NCBI GenBank assembly: GCA_049903315.1
Contig: JBNGBT010000009.1
Location: 1 to 64,000 of the forward strand
Reading direction: 5' to 3'
Source of the DNA: Candidatus Cloacimonadota bacterium
GTDB lineage: Bacteria > Cloacimonadota > Cloacimonadia > JGIOTU-2
Length of the DNA stretch: 64,000 nt
Shown here one piece after another: positions 10,788 to 20,075 of the stretch. Under the pieces are notes generated by a model. The model did no database searches. It was not told the origin of the DNA and was given only the letters and a program-made list of their open reading frames with translations. Position 1 is the first letter of the stretch; each line of letters starts with the position of its first letter. The translations under genes were made by a program, and so were the position numbers.

Positions 10788-10801
10788 ATCGAGAGAGACA
10801 T

Positions 10802-13087
10802 ATGGATCAATTTCCTGAACAAGAACAAGAAATCAAACTAAGAGATTATTACAGAATAATCCTCCGACATATAAAACTTATTCTCATAATTTTTGTGGTT
10901 GTGATGGCTGCAACAATATATTATACAGCCCGTGCCCCACGCATCTATGAAAGTAATGGAAAAATCCTTTTAGAGCTCAACAAACAGACAGACCTCTTTT
11001 TCAGCTCCGGCGGATTTGGAAGAAATGATGTCAACAATCAGATGGTCGTCATAAAAAGTCCTTCTGTTATGGAAAGCGCTGTTGAAAAACTCAAGAGAAA
11101 TCCTGTTGCTGAAAATTTCCCAATCCTCTCTTCCGATAACCCATCAGGAGTACTGGCAAAAGAAATAGAGGTTTCTGCTGAACGAGAAGTGGATATCGTA
11201 GATGTGGCCTATAAATCTACCAATCCTTATGAAGCCCAAGCAGCAGTAAATGCAGTTATGGACAGCTATCAGGATGAAAGTCTGAAATATGCTCGCGCAG
11301 AAGTAACAAGTGTCCGTGAATTCCTGGAAAAACAACTCGACGTGACATCCAAAAAATTAGCAATCTCCGAAGAAGACCTTCGTTCATACAAAATCGCAAA
11401 TGAGGTGTTCGCTCTTTCTGAAGAGACAAAAGAGATGATTACCAATATGGTTGAGTTTGAAGCGCAATTGAGCTCCGCCCAAACCGAACTGCAGATTGTC
11501 GAGAAAAAGCTTAATTATCTCAAAGGAGAGCTCACAAAGCTTGATGAAACCCTTGGTGACGAGATGGTTTCGATATCTTCACCTGTTCTGGAACAATTAC
11601 GCCAAAAACTCATTGAAAGCGAAAGTCAACTTGCAATATTCCTGACCAAAAAGGGATATACTCAGAATCATCCACAACTTGTCTCTCTGCAAAACGAAAT
11701 AGATAATATTAAGCGCCAGATGAAATCCGAAATAGATAAAATCCTTGAAGTGAATAAATATTCTTTCAATCCTCTTGATAGGAGACATGAATTATTCGTT
11801 GATATCATCTCTACGGAAGTTAACTTTCAAACTGCCACCGCAAAAGTTGCAGGTCTTGAAACAGTCGTTGAAGAATATTCAGTAAGAATGTCCGGGCTTC
11901 CTGACGCAGAACTTGAGCTCGCGCGGCTGGAAAGATCCAAGGCAATCAATGAAGAAGTATACAGTATGCTTATCCAGCGCTATGAAGAAGCGAAGATATC
12001 CGAAGAAGGAAAGTTAAGCAATATCCGGATCATAAACCGTGCCACACTTCCAAACTCACCAGTCTCTCCAAAAGTTAAAATGAATATTCTCATCGGGCTG
12101 CTTCTCGGTCTTGGTCTCGGCATCGGAGCTGCATTCCTGCTTGAATCTCTTAATACAAAGATAAATAATCTCTCTGATGTCGAACGATACGTTAAATTAC
12201 CCATTCTTGGTACCATTCCCGATATTCCTCTTGATGAAAAGCAGCTTGCCGATATTGAAGATATGATGAGTAAGGTGAAAGATAAAGAAAAACTACAGGA
12301 ACTGACAACCACTCAACGCCAAATGGTTGCCCGTCTTGTTCCTCATTATAGTCCTAAATCACCTATTGCAGAAGCATACAGAACTTTCAGAACGAACGCA
12401 GTATCACTCCCGGCAAAAATTCCTGGTGGCGGAAGAGTTTTTCTTGTCACAAGTTCAGGACCTAAAGAAGGGAAGTCAACCTCCAGCAGCAACCTGGCGA
12501 TCACGCTTTCTCAAATGCGTTCAAAAACTGTCCTGATCGATTGCGATATGCGACGTCCGATGGTTCATAACCTATTTATGGTTTCACGAGAAAATGGACT
12601 TTCCCGATACTTAACAACCGATGATATCGACATACATGATATAATTAAACCTTCGGGCATGGATAATCTTGATATTATTACTGCAGGACATGTTCCCCCG
12701 AATCCATCTGAACTGCTTTCCTCTAAAAAAATGGATGACCTCTTTGCAAAGCTGCGTGAAGAATATGATTACATTATTGTGGACTCTTCTCCCATTATTG
12801 CAGTGACCGACGCTTTGATCCTTTCCAAAAAAGTTGATCAGCTTGTGCTTGTTATCCGTGTTAATTCTACTGAGCGGGAAATCATTGAACAGGCAAAAAG
12901 CCTTCTCCAGAATATTAACGTGAAAGCTGCCGGTGTTGTGGTAAACGGTATCGAAGTGAAAAAATATTATAGCGGATATAAATATTACTATTATTACTAC
13001 TATTATTACTACGCCGACGACGAAAAAGGTGCAAAAAAGAAAAAAAGAAAAAGTCAAGGTCACACAAGACTCTCGCGCAAAGCTTAA
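10802..13087 (+). CDS. wzc: Polysaccharide copolymerase / bacterial tyrosine autokinase (Wzc family)
   Basis: Two TMs flanking a coiled coil; Walker A GPKEGKST, IDCDMRRP, PPNPSELL, IIVDSSP; Tyr-rich C-tail. Confidence 0.92.
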   Translation: MDQFPEQEQEIKLRDYYRIILRHIKLILIIFVVVMAATIYYTARAPRIYESNGKILLELNKQTDLFFSSGGFGRNDVNNQMVVIKSPSVMESAVEKLKRNPVAENFPILSSDNPSGVLAKEIEVSAEREVDIVDVAYKSTNPYEAQAAVNAVMDSYQDESLKYARAEVTSVREFLEKQLDVTSKKLAISEEDLRSYKIANEVFALSEETKEMITNMVEFEAQLSSAQTELQIVEKKLNYLKGELTKLDETLGDEMVSISSPVLEQLRQKLIESESQLAIFLTKKGYTQNHPQLVSLQNEIDNIKRQMKSEIDKILEVNKYSFNPLDRRHELFVDIISTEVNFQTATAKVAGLETVVEEYSVRMSGLPDAELELARLERSKAINEEVYSMLIQRYEEAKISEEGKLSNIRIINRATLPNSPVSPKVKMNILIGLLLGLGLGIGAAFLLESLNTKINNLSDVERYVKLPILGTIPDIPLDEKQLADIEDMMSKVKDKEKLQELTTTQRQMVARLVPHYSPKSPIAEAYRTFRTNAVSLPAKIPGGGRVFLVTSSGPKEGKSTSSSNLAITLSQMRSKTVLIDCDMRRPMVHNLFMVSRENGLSRYLTTDDIDIHDIIKPSGMDNLDIITAGHVPPNPSELLSSKKMDDLFAKLREEYDYIIVDSSPIIAVTDALILSKKVDQLVLVIRVNSTEREIIEQAKSLLQNINVKAAGVVVNGIEVKKYYSGYKYYYYYYYYYYADDEKGAKKKKRKSQGHTRLSRKA

Positions 13088-13913
13088 TCTCTTTCTTGAT
13101 GTCCTTCATAAAAGAGATGATGGCTTCCACGAAGTTGAGACTATCATTGCGCCTATCTCCCTTGCAGACCAACTGATATTTAGATTGACATATAAATCTG
13201 AGGTAAAAATTTATTGCACCTCTGACACACTTCAAGAATCAGAGAATATCATCTACAAAATTGCTTGTTTTTTAAAAGATACATATAATGTGAAACATGG
13301 TGTTGAAATAAAATTAAAGAAGAACATCCCTCTGTCTGCAGGTTTGGGTGGGGGTAGTTCTAACGCTGCTGTCACAATTCAAGTCCTGAATTCACTATGG
13401 AAACTCAACCTGAAGTCGGCCGATTTGCACAGAATCGTCTCGCTTTTTGGAAGTGATATCAATTTCTTTTTGGACAATAATACAGCGCTTCTCGGCGGAA
13501 GAGGTGAGATCATTAAGGATACCTTTCCCAATCCGCTTATTGAGCACATACTCCTTGTAAATCCCGGAATTGAGATCGCAAGCAGAAATGCCTACTCTTG
13601 GTCTGTTCTAAATAAACCTCATGAAGATATGGGGTCCTCCATGGCAATTGCGCTCAATAACAATGACGTTGATGCAATATGTAAAAACCTATACAATGGG
13701 CTGGAACAGGGTGTCTTTGCTCATTATCCAATTTTACAGGATATTAAGGATCAGCTTATTGAATTAGGTGCTATAGGAAGTTTGATGTCAGGAAGCGGTT
13801 CAACGGTTTTTGGAATTTTTTCTTCAAGAGAAAAATTGATGTTCGCAAAAAAATTCTTCGAAAAATACCGATACTGGCTTTTTGAAACTAAAATAGGGCA
13901 AATAGTGAATTAA
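13029..13913 (+). CDS. ispE: 4-diphosphocytidyl-2-C-methyl-D-erythritol kinase
   Basis: AKLNLFL...RDDGFHEVET, KNIPLSAGLGGGSSNAA, MSGSGSTVFG; GTG start uncertain, overlaps wzc. Confidence 0.93.
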   Translation: MQKRKKEKVKVTQDSRAKLNLFLDVLHKRDDGFHEVETIIAPISLADQLIFRLTYKSEVKIYCTSDTLQESENIIYKIACFLKDTYNVKHGVEIKLKKNIPLSAGLGGGSSNAAVTIQVLNSLWKLNLKSADLHRIVSLFGSDINFFLDNNTALLGGRGEIIKDTFPNPLIEHILLVNPGIEIASRNAYSWSVLNKPHEDMGSSMAIALNNNDVDAICKNLYNGLEQGVFAHYPILQDIKDQLIELGAIGSLMSGSGSTVFGIFSSREKLMFAKKFFEKYRYWLFETKIGQIVN

Positions 13914-13916
13914 ATT

Positions 13917-14879
13917 ATGAAATCAAAAATTCATATTTTTACAGGAAATTCAAATCCGGAATTAGCTCAGAAAGTGGCGGAACATGCCGGATTGCCCCTT
14001 AGCAGGGCTGAGGTTTTCAAGTTCTCAAATGATAATACTTTTGTAAAAGTGCTTGATAATGTGAGGGGTATGGACGTTTTTATCGTTCAACCTACCTGCA
14101 TGCCTGTCAATGACAATCTTATGGAACTCCTTATCATGATCGATGCGCTGCACAGAGCTTCTGCTGGTAGGATTACTGCCGTAATACCCTATTATGGATA
14201 TGCCCGATCTGATAAGAAAGACCAACCCCGCGTGCCAATAACAGCAAAACTTGTGGCGAACCTTCTTACTGTTGCGGGTGCGAACCGTGTGGTTACTTTT
14301 GACCTTCATGCAGAGCAGATTCAGGGATTCTTTGATATTCCAGTGGATCACCTCTCAATGCTGCCGATATTTCTCAGTTATTTCCAACCCTTAAACCTTA
14401 AAGACTGCGTTGTGGTTGCCCCTGATACAGGAGGCACACAGAGGGCGCGGATGCTTGCGAAAGGCCTCAACGCGACTATTGCTATCGGTGATAAACGCCG
14501 CTTGGGAAATAAGGGCAAGCTGGAGCTTCTTAACGTGGTCGGAGAAGTGAAAAATAAAAACACCATAATCATTGACGATATTATCGATTCCGGAAATTCT
14601 GTCATCAAAATGGCTGATGCATTGAAAAATGAGGGTGCAAAAAAAGTATATTGTGCCTGCACTCATGCAGTTTTGAGCGGCAATGCAGCAGAAAGAATTG
14701 ATAAATCCAATATATATGAATTAGTTGTTACTGATTCTATTCCTCTCGGTGAAAAGAAAAATATAAGCTCAAAGATAAAGCAGCTTTCTATTGCATCTCT
14801 TCTTTCTCAAGCGATCTTGAGAATCCATAATGAGGAATCGGTCAGTGTCTTATTCAAAATAGAAGATGAGGTTATATAA
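13917..14879 (+). CDS. prs: Ribose-phosphate pyrophosphokinase
   Basis: PYYGYARSD, DLHAEQIQGFFD, IIDDIIDSG. Confidence 0.97.
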   Translation: MKSKIHIFTGNSNPELAQKVAEHAGLPLSRAEVFKFSNDNTFVKVLDNVRGMDVFIVQPTCMPVNDNLMELLIMIDALHRASAGRITAVIPYYGYARSDKKDQPRVPITAKLVANLLTVAGANRVVTFDLHAEQIQGFFDIPVDHLSMLPIFLSYFQPLNLKDCVVVAPDTGGTQRARMLAKGLNATIAIGDKRRLGNKGKLELLNVVGEVKNKNTIIIDDIIDSGNSVIKMADALKNEGAKKVYCACTHAVLSGNAAERIDKSNIYELVVTDSIPLGEKKNISSKIKQLSIASLLSQAILRIHNEESVSVLFKIEDEVI

Positions 14880-14882
14880 ACT

Positions 14883-15527
14883 ATGAAAATTAAAGCTGTA
14901 AAAAGAGAAACTGGAAAAAAAGCTGCCAAACTGGTGCGCAGCGAAAATAAAATTCCATCCGTTTTGTACGGAAGTGGTATGGAAACCGTACCCCTTGAAA
15001 TAGATTATGCGGATTTCTATCATTATTATAAAGAAAGTATCGGTCACCAAAGCTTTATTTTCCTTCAAATAGGAAAAAAAGAGCACCGGTGCCTTGTGCG
15101 CGATATGCAGATTGATCCGGTCACAAGAGAAATCGTTCATCTCGACTTTCAGGAAGTTACTGCAGGACATAGTCTTGACGTTGAAATACCTGTCTTAACA
15201 ATCGGGGACGCACCCGGAATCAAAGAAGGCGGCATGCTTGATGCTGGAATTCGTGACCTTCAAATCCGCTGTTTGCCAAAAGATCTTCCGGAAGTTATTG
15301 AGATCGATGTGTCCGAGCTTCAGATCGGTGATTCAGTTCATATAGAAGATATTCAAGAAAAATATCCTGATATTGAATTCCTCCAGCCGTTAAATACAAC
15401 CCTGGTTTCAATATTGGCTCCTATGATGGAAGTTGAAGAAGTTGAAGAAACCGAAGAAGAGCTTGAAGGTGAAGAAAGCGCTGAAGAAAAAAGTGATGAA
15501 GCTGCTGAGAAAGAATCGGCAGAATAA
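14883..15527 (+). CDS. rplY: 50S ribosomal protein L25/Ctc
   Basis: IPSVLYG, HLDFQ, GIKEGG, acidic tail; prs-rplY-pth synteny. Confidence 0.95.
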   Translation: MKIKAVKRETGKKAAKLVRSENKIPSVLYGSGMETVPLEIDYADFYHYYKESIGHQSFIFLQIGKKEHRCLVRDMQIDPVTREIVHLDFQEVTAGHSLDVEIPVLTIGDAPGIKEGGMLDAGIRDLQIRCLPKDLPEVIEIDVSELQIGDSVHIEDIQEKYPDIEFLQPLNTTLVSILAPMMEVEEVEETEEELEGEESAEEKSDEAAEKESAE

Positions 15528-15542
15528 AAAAGAACTATATAC

Positions 15543-16130
15543 GTGAAATTAATTGTCGGGCTTGGAAATCCGGGACCTGAATATGAATCCACGCGGCATA
15601 ATATAGGATTTATGATCCTTGATGCTGTTTGTGAAAAACTAAAGGTTCCTCCATTCAAGAAATTCAAGAAATATCTTGTCGCCCGAAAAGACGAGTGGCT
15701 TTTTCTTAAAGCTCTCACCTATATGAATCTTTCCGGACAAGCAGTATCTTCTGTCATGAAAGAATTCGATATAAAAAAAAGTGATCTTTTAATAATATTA
15801 GATGATGTGCATATACCGCTGGGAAAGATAAGAATTCGCCGCAGGGGTTCCGATGCCGGACATAACGGACTGAAATCTGTGATCAAGTTTTTGGACTCTG
15901 ATAATTTTCCACGAATGCGTGTGGGTATTCTCCCGGAAAAATATGAATCAGCTTCCGGGCTTACAATACCTCTGGAAGAATTTGTGCTGATGAATTTTCT
16001 GGAAGAAGAAAGCAAATGTGTTCAGGAAATCATTCCTGCAGCAGTAGAACTGGCATCATATTTTATATATCAAGATTATGAAAAAATGAGCGCTGCATAT
16101 AGCAGACTCTGTTCCTTATCCGTGGAATGA
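15543..16130 (+). CDS. pth: Peptidyl-tRNA hydrolase
   Basis: LIVGLGNPG..Y..TRHNIGF, TYMNLSG, GHNGLKS. Confidence 0.97.
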   Translation: MKLIVGLGNPGPEYESTRHNIGFMILDAVCEKLKVPPFKKFKKYLVARKDEWLFLKALTYMNLSGQAVSSVMKEFDIKKSDLLIILDDVHIPLGKIRIRRRGSDAGHNGLKSVIKFLDSDNFPRMRVGILPEKYESASGLTIPLEEFVLMNFLEEESKCVQEIIPAAVELASYFIYQDYEKMSAAYSRLCSLSVE

Positions 16131-16172
16131 CGGATTGCCTTCCGCTTAAGCGGGAAATAAAACCGAAAGGAA
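16112..16172 (+). promoter_or_regulatory. Candidate S6:S18-binding rpsF leader RNA
   Basis: ttcctt (16112-17) pairs with the RBS aaggaa (16167-72); unpaired CCG at 16163-65; two inner hairpins. Confidence 0.6.
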
Positions 16173-16176
16173 TGCT

Positions 16177-16467
16177 ATGAAAAAATCCTACGAATCGATG
16201 ATCGTCATCAAACCTCTTTCTGAAGAAGAAACAAACAAGACAATCGAAACAGTCAAAAATTTTCTTACAGAACGCGAAGCTGAAATTGGTAATGTGAACA
16301 TCTGGGGATTACGCAGACTTGCCTATGAGATTGAAAAACAATCCGAAGGCTATTATGTAATTCTGTACTTCTCCCTTAAACCAAATCACATAGATGCTCT
16401 TGAAAATTTGTATCGTCTAAACGAAAATATCATAAGATTCAACGTCATTAAAAAAGAAAAAGATTAA
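16177..16467 (+). CDS. rpsF: 30S ribosomal protein S6
   Basis: YESMIVIKP, WGLRRLAYEI. Confidence 0.97.
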   Translation: MKKSYESMIVIKPLSEEETNKTIETVKNFLTEREAEIGNVNIWGLRRLAYEIEKQSEGYYVILYFSLKPNHIDALENLYRLNENIIRFNVIKKEKD

Positions 16468-16482
16468 AAAAACCCTTTGCTT

Positions 16483-16510
16483 TCTAAATTGTTGTAACAA
16501 ACAATTTAGA
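16483..16510. repeat. Perfect 11-bp inverted repeat between rpsF and ssb
   Basis: tctaaattgtt-gtaaca-aacaatttaga, immediately before the ssb RBS. Confidence 0.65.
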
Positions 16511-16527
16511 GGAGGGAGGAGATCAAA

Positions 16528-16947
16528 ATGGCAAAAAAACTTAATCTGCCGAGAATTAACAATGTTATCGTCTCCGGACGATTAACACGGGATGTCGAAC
16601 TTCGTTATACCGGCTCTGGGACACCAGTTGCCTCGATGAGCATTGCTGTTGACAGGGTCTATCGTGATTCTGACAACAACTGGCAAACCGAAACGAGTTT
16701 CTTTCGTATCGTTGCCTGGGCTCGCCTTGCAGAACGTGCTTCCGAGATGCTCTCAAAGGGCTCTCCTGTCATTATTGAAGGTACTCTTCAATCGCGAACA
16801 TGGCAGGACAAAGAGGAGAATACGCGCACTACTGTAGAAATAACTGCAAATAGGATCCAGAACCTTGAGAGAGAAGCTCAGGAAGGTGATCATGAGCAAA
16901 AAAGTGTTCCGGAAGACAAGGAAGCCGAAGACGATATTCCCTTCTAA
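16528..16947 (+). CDS. ssb: Single-stranded DNA-binding protein
   Basis: GRLTRDVELRYT, IEGTLQSRTW, C-terminal DDIPF. Confidence 0.97.
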   Translation: MAKKLNLPRINNVIVSGRLTRDVELRYTGSGTPVASMSIAVDRVYRDSDNNWQTETSFFRIVAWARLAERASEMLSKGSPVIIEGTLQSRTWQDKEENTRTTVEITANRIQNLEREAQEGDHEQKSVPEDKEAEDDIPF

Positions 16948-16971
16948 ACAAGATTGGAGATCTAACAGAAA

Positions 16972-17196
16972 ATGAGATACCAGAAAAAAAACATGCGAAA
17001 AAGATATTGCAAATTCTGCAAATATCCCGACACTGAAATTGATTACAAAAACACAGATGTCTTACGCAAATACATCATTGAGTCAGGAAAAATCATACCG
17101 AGAAAGATCACGGGTACATGCAGTAAACACCAAAGAAAGCTTGCTCGTGAAATTAAAAGAGCTCGTCAAATGTCTCTTCTACCCTATATCGGCTAA
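16972..17196 (+). CDS. rpsR: 30S ribosomal protein S18 (Zn-binding type)
   Basis: [26 protein letters not shown]. Confidence 0.97.
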   Translation: MRYQKKNMRKRYCKFCKYPDTEIDYKNTDVLRKYIIESGKIIPRKITGTCSKHQRKLAREIKRARQMSLLPYIG

Positions 17197-17211
17197 GAAT
17201 ACCTAATACTG

Positions 17212-18102
17212 ATGATCCTCTACTGCATTCTTATAGCGGTCGTAGCGCTCTTTTCCAGGTTCTTTGCGCTCCTTATTGCTGTCCCTTTTGTCACAAAATT
17301 GATTTTGGAAACAGATGGGCAGGAGGTTCCGGGCATATCGAAATCTCCTGCTCTTCTGCACTACCTGGGAATATTTACGGTGATCTGCGTGCTGCTTGTT
17401 CTTTTTAAGCTGCTCCCATTATTACAGGCACTGGAAATATGGATTAGTGTCGGTGCAAGTCCTGTTGTTTTTGCTTCTGCACTTCACCGCTTTAAGAAGT
17501 ACGAATCCGCTTTTCTTATTGCGCTTGTTCCCGGAGTGCTTTTCATTGGCCTAAAAAACCTTCTTTTCTTTCCTTACATTAAGCTCCTGGCTGAGGAAAG
17601 CAATCAACTCTTTATGAGCAGTATTGAGAGTGTTTTTTCACCTGAAATGATCGAGTCAATGTACCCGACGCTTGAATCAATGAAAAATATTATGATATAC
17701 GGTAACGCATCCTTATGGATGATCAGTCTTGTTGTGGGCATCTTTGCGGGGGCACTAATTTTTTCTAAGCGTACCTCTATCAAATGGCATTTCAACATGA
17801 TCAAATTCCCCTATTATATTCAAGCTGGAATCGCACTTGGGCTTATCTTATTCATTTTCAAATTTAGAATTATAAGCTATAATGTGTTATTTATTTTCGG
17901 GCTTCTGTATCTGATTCAGGGTTATTCGGTTCTATATTGTTATGTAGAATCAATGATGAAGCGGAGTAAATTCCTGGGAATTGTTATGATGATAATTCCA
18001 CTATTTAGTTATATATTATTACTTGTTATTACAGTTGCAGGTCTTCTTGACAACTGGTTACCATTACGAAAATTTGCATATCATAGAGGAGATAAAGAAT
18101 GA
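17212..18102 (+). CDS. DUF2232/YybS-like membrane protein
   Basis: Multi-TM, YLIQGYSV and GLLDNW motifs; typical position between rpsR and rplI. Confidence 0.75.
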   Translation: MILYCILIAVVALFSRFFALLIAVPFVTKLILETDGQEVPGISKSPALLHYLGIFTVICVLLVLFKLLPLLQALEIWISVGASPVVFASALHRFKKYESAFLIALVPGVLFIGLKNLLFFPYIKLLAEESNQLFMSSIESVFSPEMIESMYPTLESMKNIMIYGNASLWMISLVVGIFAGALIFSKRTSIKWHFNMIKFPYYIQAGIALGLILFIFKFRIISYNVLFIFGLLYLIQGYSVLYCYVESMMKRSKFLGIVMMIIPLFSYILLLVITVAGLLDNWLPLRKFAYHRGDKE

Positions 18103-18551
18103 AGATTATTTTAAAGAAAAATGTTGAGAGTCTTGGCACTGTCGGAGATGTCGTAAAGGTGGCTGACGGGTATGCCCGTAACTTCCTTTTTCCGAAAGGT
18201 TTCGCGATACAGGCTACAGATAAGAATAAAAAGTTCATCGAGAAATTCAAAGAGGAAGAAGAAAAGCGCCTTGCTGAAGAACTGAAAATGGCTGAGATGA
18301 TCGTCAAACAGATTGAGAAGACATCACTGCTTTTCACCCGTCTTGCAGACGAAAATGGGCATCTTTACGGCTCTGTAAACGAGCATGATATTGTGGAGAA
18401 ACTCAAAGAAAAAGAATTAATTATTGACAAACACAACGTGAAAATGGAACAACATATTAAAGAGCTTGGTGATCATGAAGTGACCATTGAGCTCAAAGGT
18501 GATATAAAAGGAACCTTGAGAATCAAGGTTGAAAAAGAAGAGAAAGAGTAA
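18099..18551 (+). CDS. rplI: 50S ribosomal protein L9
   Basis: MKIIL...LGTVGDVVKVADGYARNFLFP, LYGSV. Confidence 0.97.
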   Translation: MKIILKKNVESLGTVGDVVKVADGYARNFLFPKGFAIQATDKNKKFIEKFKEEEEKRLAEELKMAEMIVKQIEKTSLLFTRLADENGHLYGSVNEHDIVEKLKEKELIIDKHNVKMEQHIKELGDHEVTIELKGDIKGTLRIKVEKEEKE

Positions 18552-18554
18552 AAT

Positions 18555-19106
18555 ATGCGAAAAGTTATCAGCATTATCAAAGAAGCAATCATGTGGATAG
18601 CTATTCTGTGTGCATTTGCTGCTATCGGATTTGCCAGCGATGATCCTTATCGCACAAGCATTATCTGGATAATTATTGCGATCGTGATCTTCGGCGTCGG
18701 CTTCTTTATTAAGAAGCACTCAAAACGCAGAACCGTTACGACAAAAGGCTATCTCATAACTAAAAAAATTATCGGCGCTCTTTTAGTACTGATCGGATGC
18801 TTATTACCAGTTCAGGTGTTTGGCAACTTTGGATTCCCTTTCGTAACCCTGCTTGTAATTTTTATTTTTGCAGCATTATTGGTTGCAATCGGCGGCTTTG
18901 CGATTCTTGTCATTAACAAATACGGCGGACTCTTTTCCGTCCTTGGATACCTCCTGCTCCTCATCGCTGCCTTTCTTCCAGCCCTTGCAATGTCCGGTTA
19001 TGATCTGAGCTATGGCGCACTGAGTACAGTTTATTACCTGGTTCTGCTGCTCGCGATTTTCTCCTGGGTAGGGCTTTCAATGGTCTTTACCAAGAAAATC
19101 GAGTAA
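18555..19106 (+). CDS. Hypothetical integral membrane protein (about 6 TM)
   Basis: Six hydrophobic segments; 3 nt from rplI and 0 nt from the next gene. Confidence 0.7.
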   Translation: MRKVISIIKEAIMWIAILCAFAAIGFASDDPYRTSIIWIIIAIVIFGVGFFIKKHSKRRTVTTKGYLITKKIIGALLVLIGCLLPVQVFGNFGFPFVTLLVIFIFAALLVAIGGFAILVINKYGGLFSVLGYLLLLIAAFLPALAMSGYDLSYGALSTVYYLVLLLAIFSWVGLSMVFTKKIE

Positions 19107-19418
19107 ATGTCATCTTTTGTAAGAATTAACTCGATAATAGAAAATCTCATTCAGAACCTTTCTGAAAAGGGATTTTCTCGCGAAATAAAAACCGCATTTC
19201 TCTGGAGAAGGATCGTCGGTGATATCCTCGACAATAAAACCCGTATCCTCAAACTCGAAAATAACGTACTCCATATTCTGGTCGAGAATAATATCTGGCT
19301 TCAGGAGCTTGTGCTGAAAAAAACCGAGATCCTGGATCAGCTTAACTCCCAGCTCGATCCTCCTTATCAAATCAAGAATATTATTTTTTCTCTTTCAAAC
19401 AAAAGAATCTCCGCATAA
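19107..19418 (+). CDS. DUF721 / DciA-family protein
   Basis: W..IVG......T......VLHILVENNIWLQEL...K..IL..LN pattern. Confidence 0.8.
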   Translation: MSSFVRINSIIENLIQNLSEKGFSREIKTAFLWRRIVGDILDNKTRILKLENNVLHILVENNIWLQELVLKKTEILDQLNSQLDPPYQIKNIIFSLSNKRISA

Positions 19419-19430
19419 ATTCTCAATATT

Positions 19431-20075
19431 ATGATACTTAAGATTGCACCCTCAATACTTTCTTCGGATTTTCTTCATCTCGAAAATGAGATCCGGGCAG
19501 TTGAGAATGCAGGTGCAGATATGCTCCATCTCGATATTATGGATGGGCATTTTGTGCCGAATTTGACTTTTGGTCCGGGACTTGTAAAACAGATCCGCAA
19601 GATTACAGCACTTCCTTTAGATGCACATCTCATGATTACAAATCCTGCTGATTTCGCAGACAAGTTCATCGATGCCGGAGCCAATTACCTATCCTTTCAT
19701 ATTGAAACTGATGCAAATTATGTGAGTTTGTTCCGAAAAATAAGAGCCCGTGGCGTCAAGGCGGGTATTGCAATCAATCCCGAAACCTCACTCACCGCAC
19801 TTCCGAGTGTAATCGATGAAATTGATTACGTGCTTATCATGTCCGTCCATCCCGGATTTGGAGGTCAAGCATTTATTGAGGATTCGGCTGAAAAAGTGCG
19901 TGAAGCAAAAAGGATAATCGGGTCACGGCATATAGAGATTGAGATCGACGGCGGGATAAATTTTGAAACAGCAAAGCCCGTGAAAGAAGCAGGTGTGAAC
20001 ATCCTCGTGGCAGGGAGCTTCATCTTTAAAAGCAATGATTATCAAAAAGTAATAGCCGGACTTCGTAATGTTTGA
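19431..20075 (+). CDS. rpe: Ribulose-phosphate 3-epimerase
   Basis: IAPSILSSDF, HLDIMDGHFVPN, MSVHPGFGGQ, IDGGI. Confidence 0.97.
   Translation: MILKIAPSILSSDFLHLENEIRAVENAGADMLHLDIMDGHFVPNLTFGPGLVKQIRKITALPLDAHLMITNPADFADKFIDAGANYLSFHIETDANYVSLFRKIRARGVKAGIAINPETSLTALPSVIDEIDYVLIMSVHPGFGGQAFIEDSAEKVREAKRIIGSRHIEIEIDGGINFETAKPVKEAGVNILVAGSFIFKSNDYQKVIAGLRNV

Noticed and set aside
13033..13039. A_AAA_AAG slippery heptamer in the wzc frame, as a route to a Wzc-IspE fusion
   Set aside because: A -1 shift leads to the wrong frame; ispE is +1 relative to wzc
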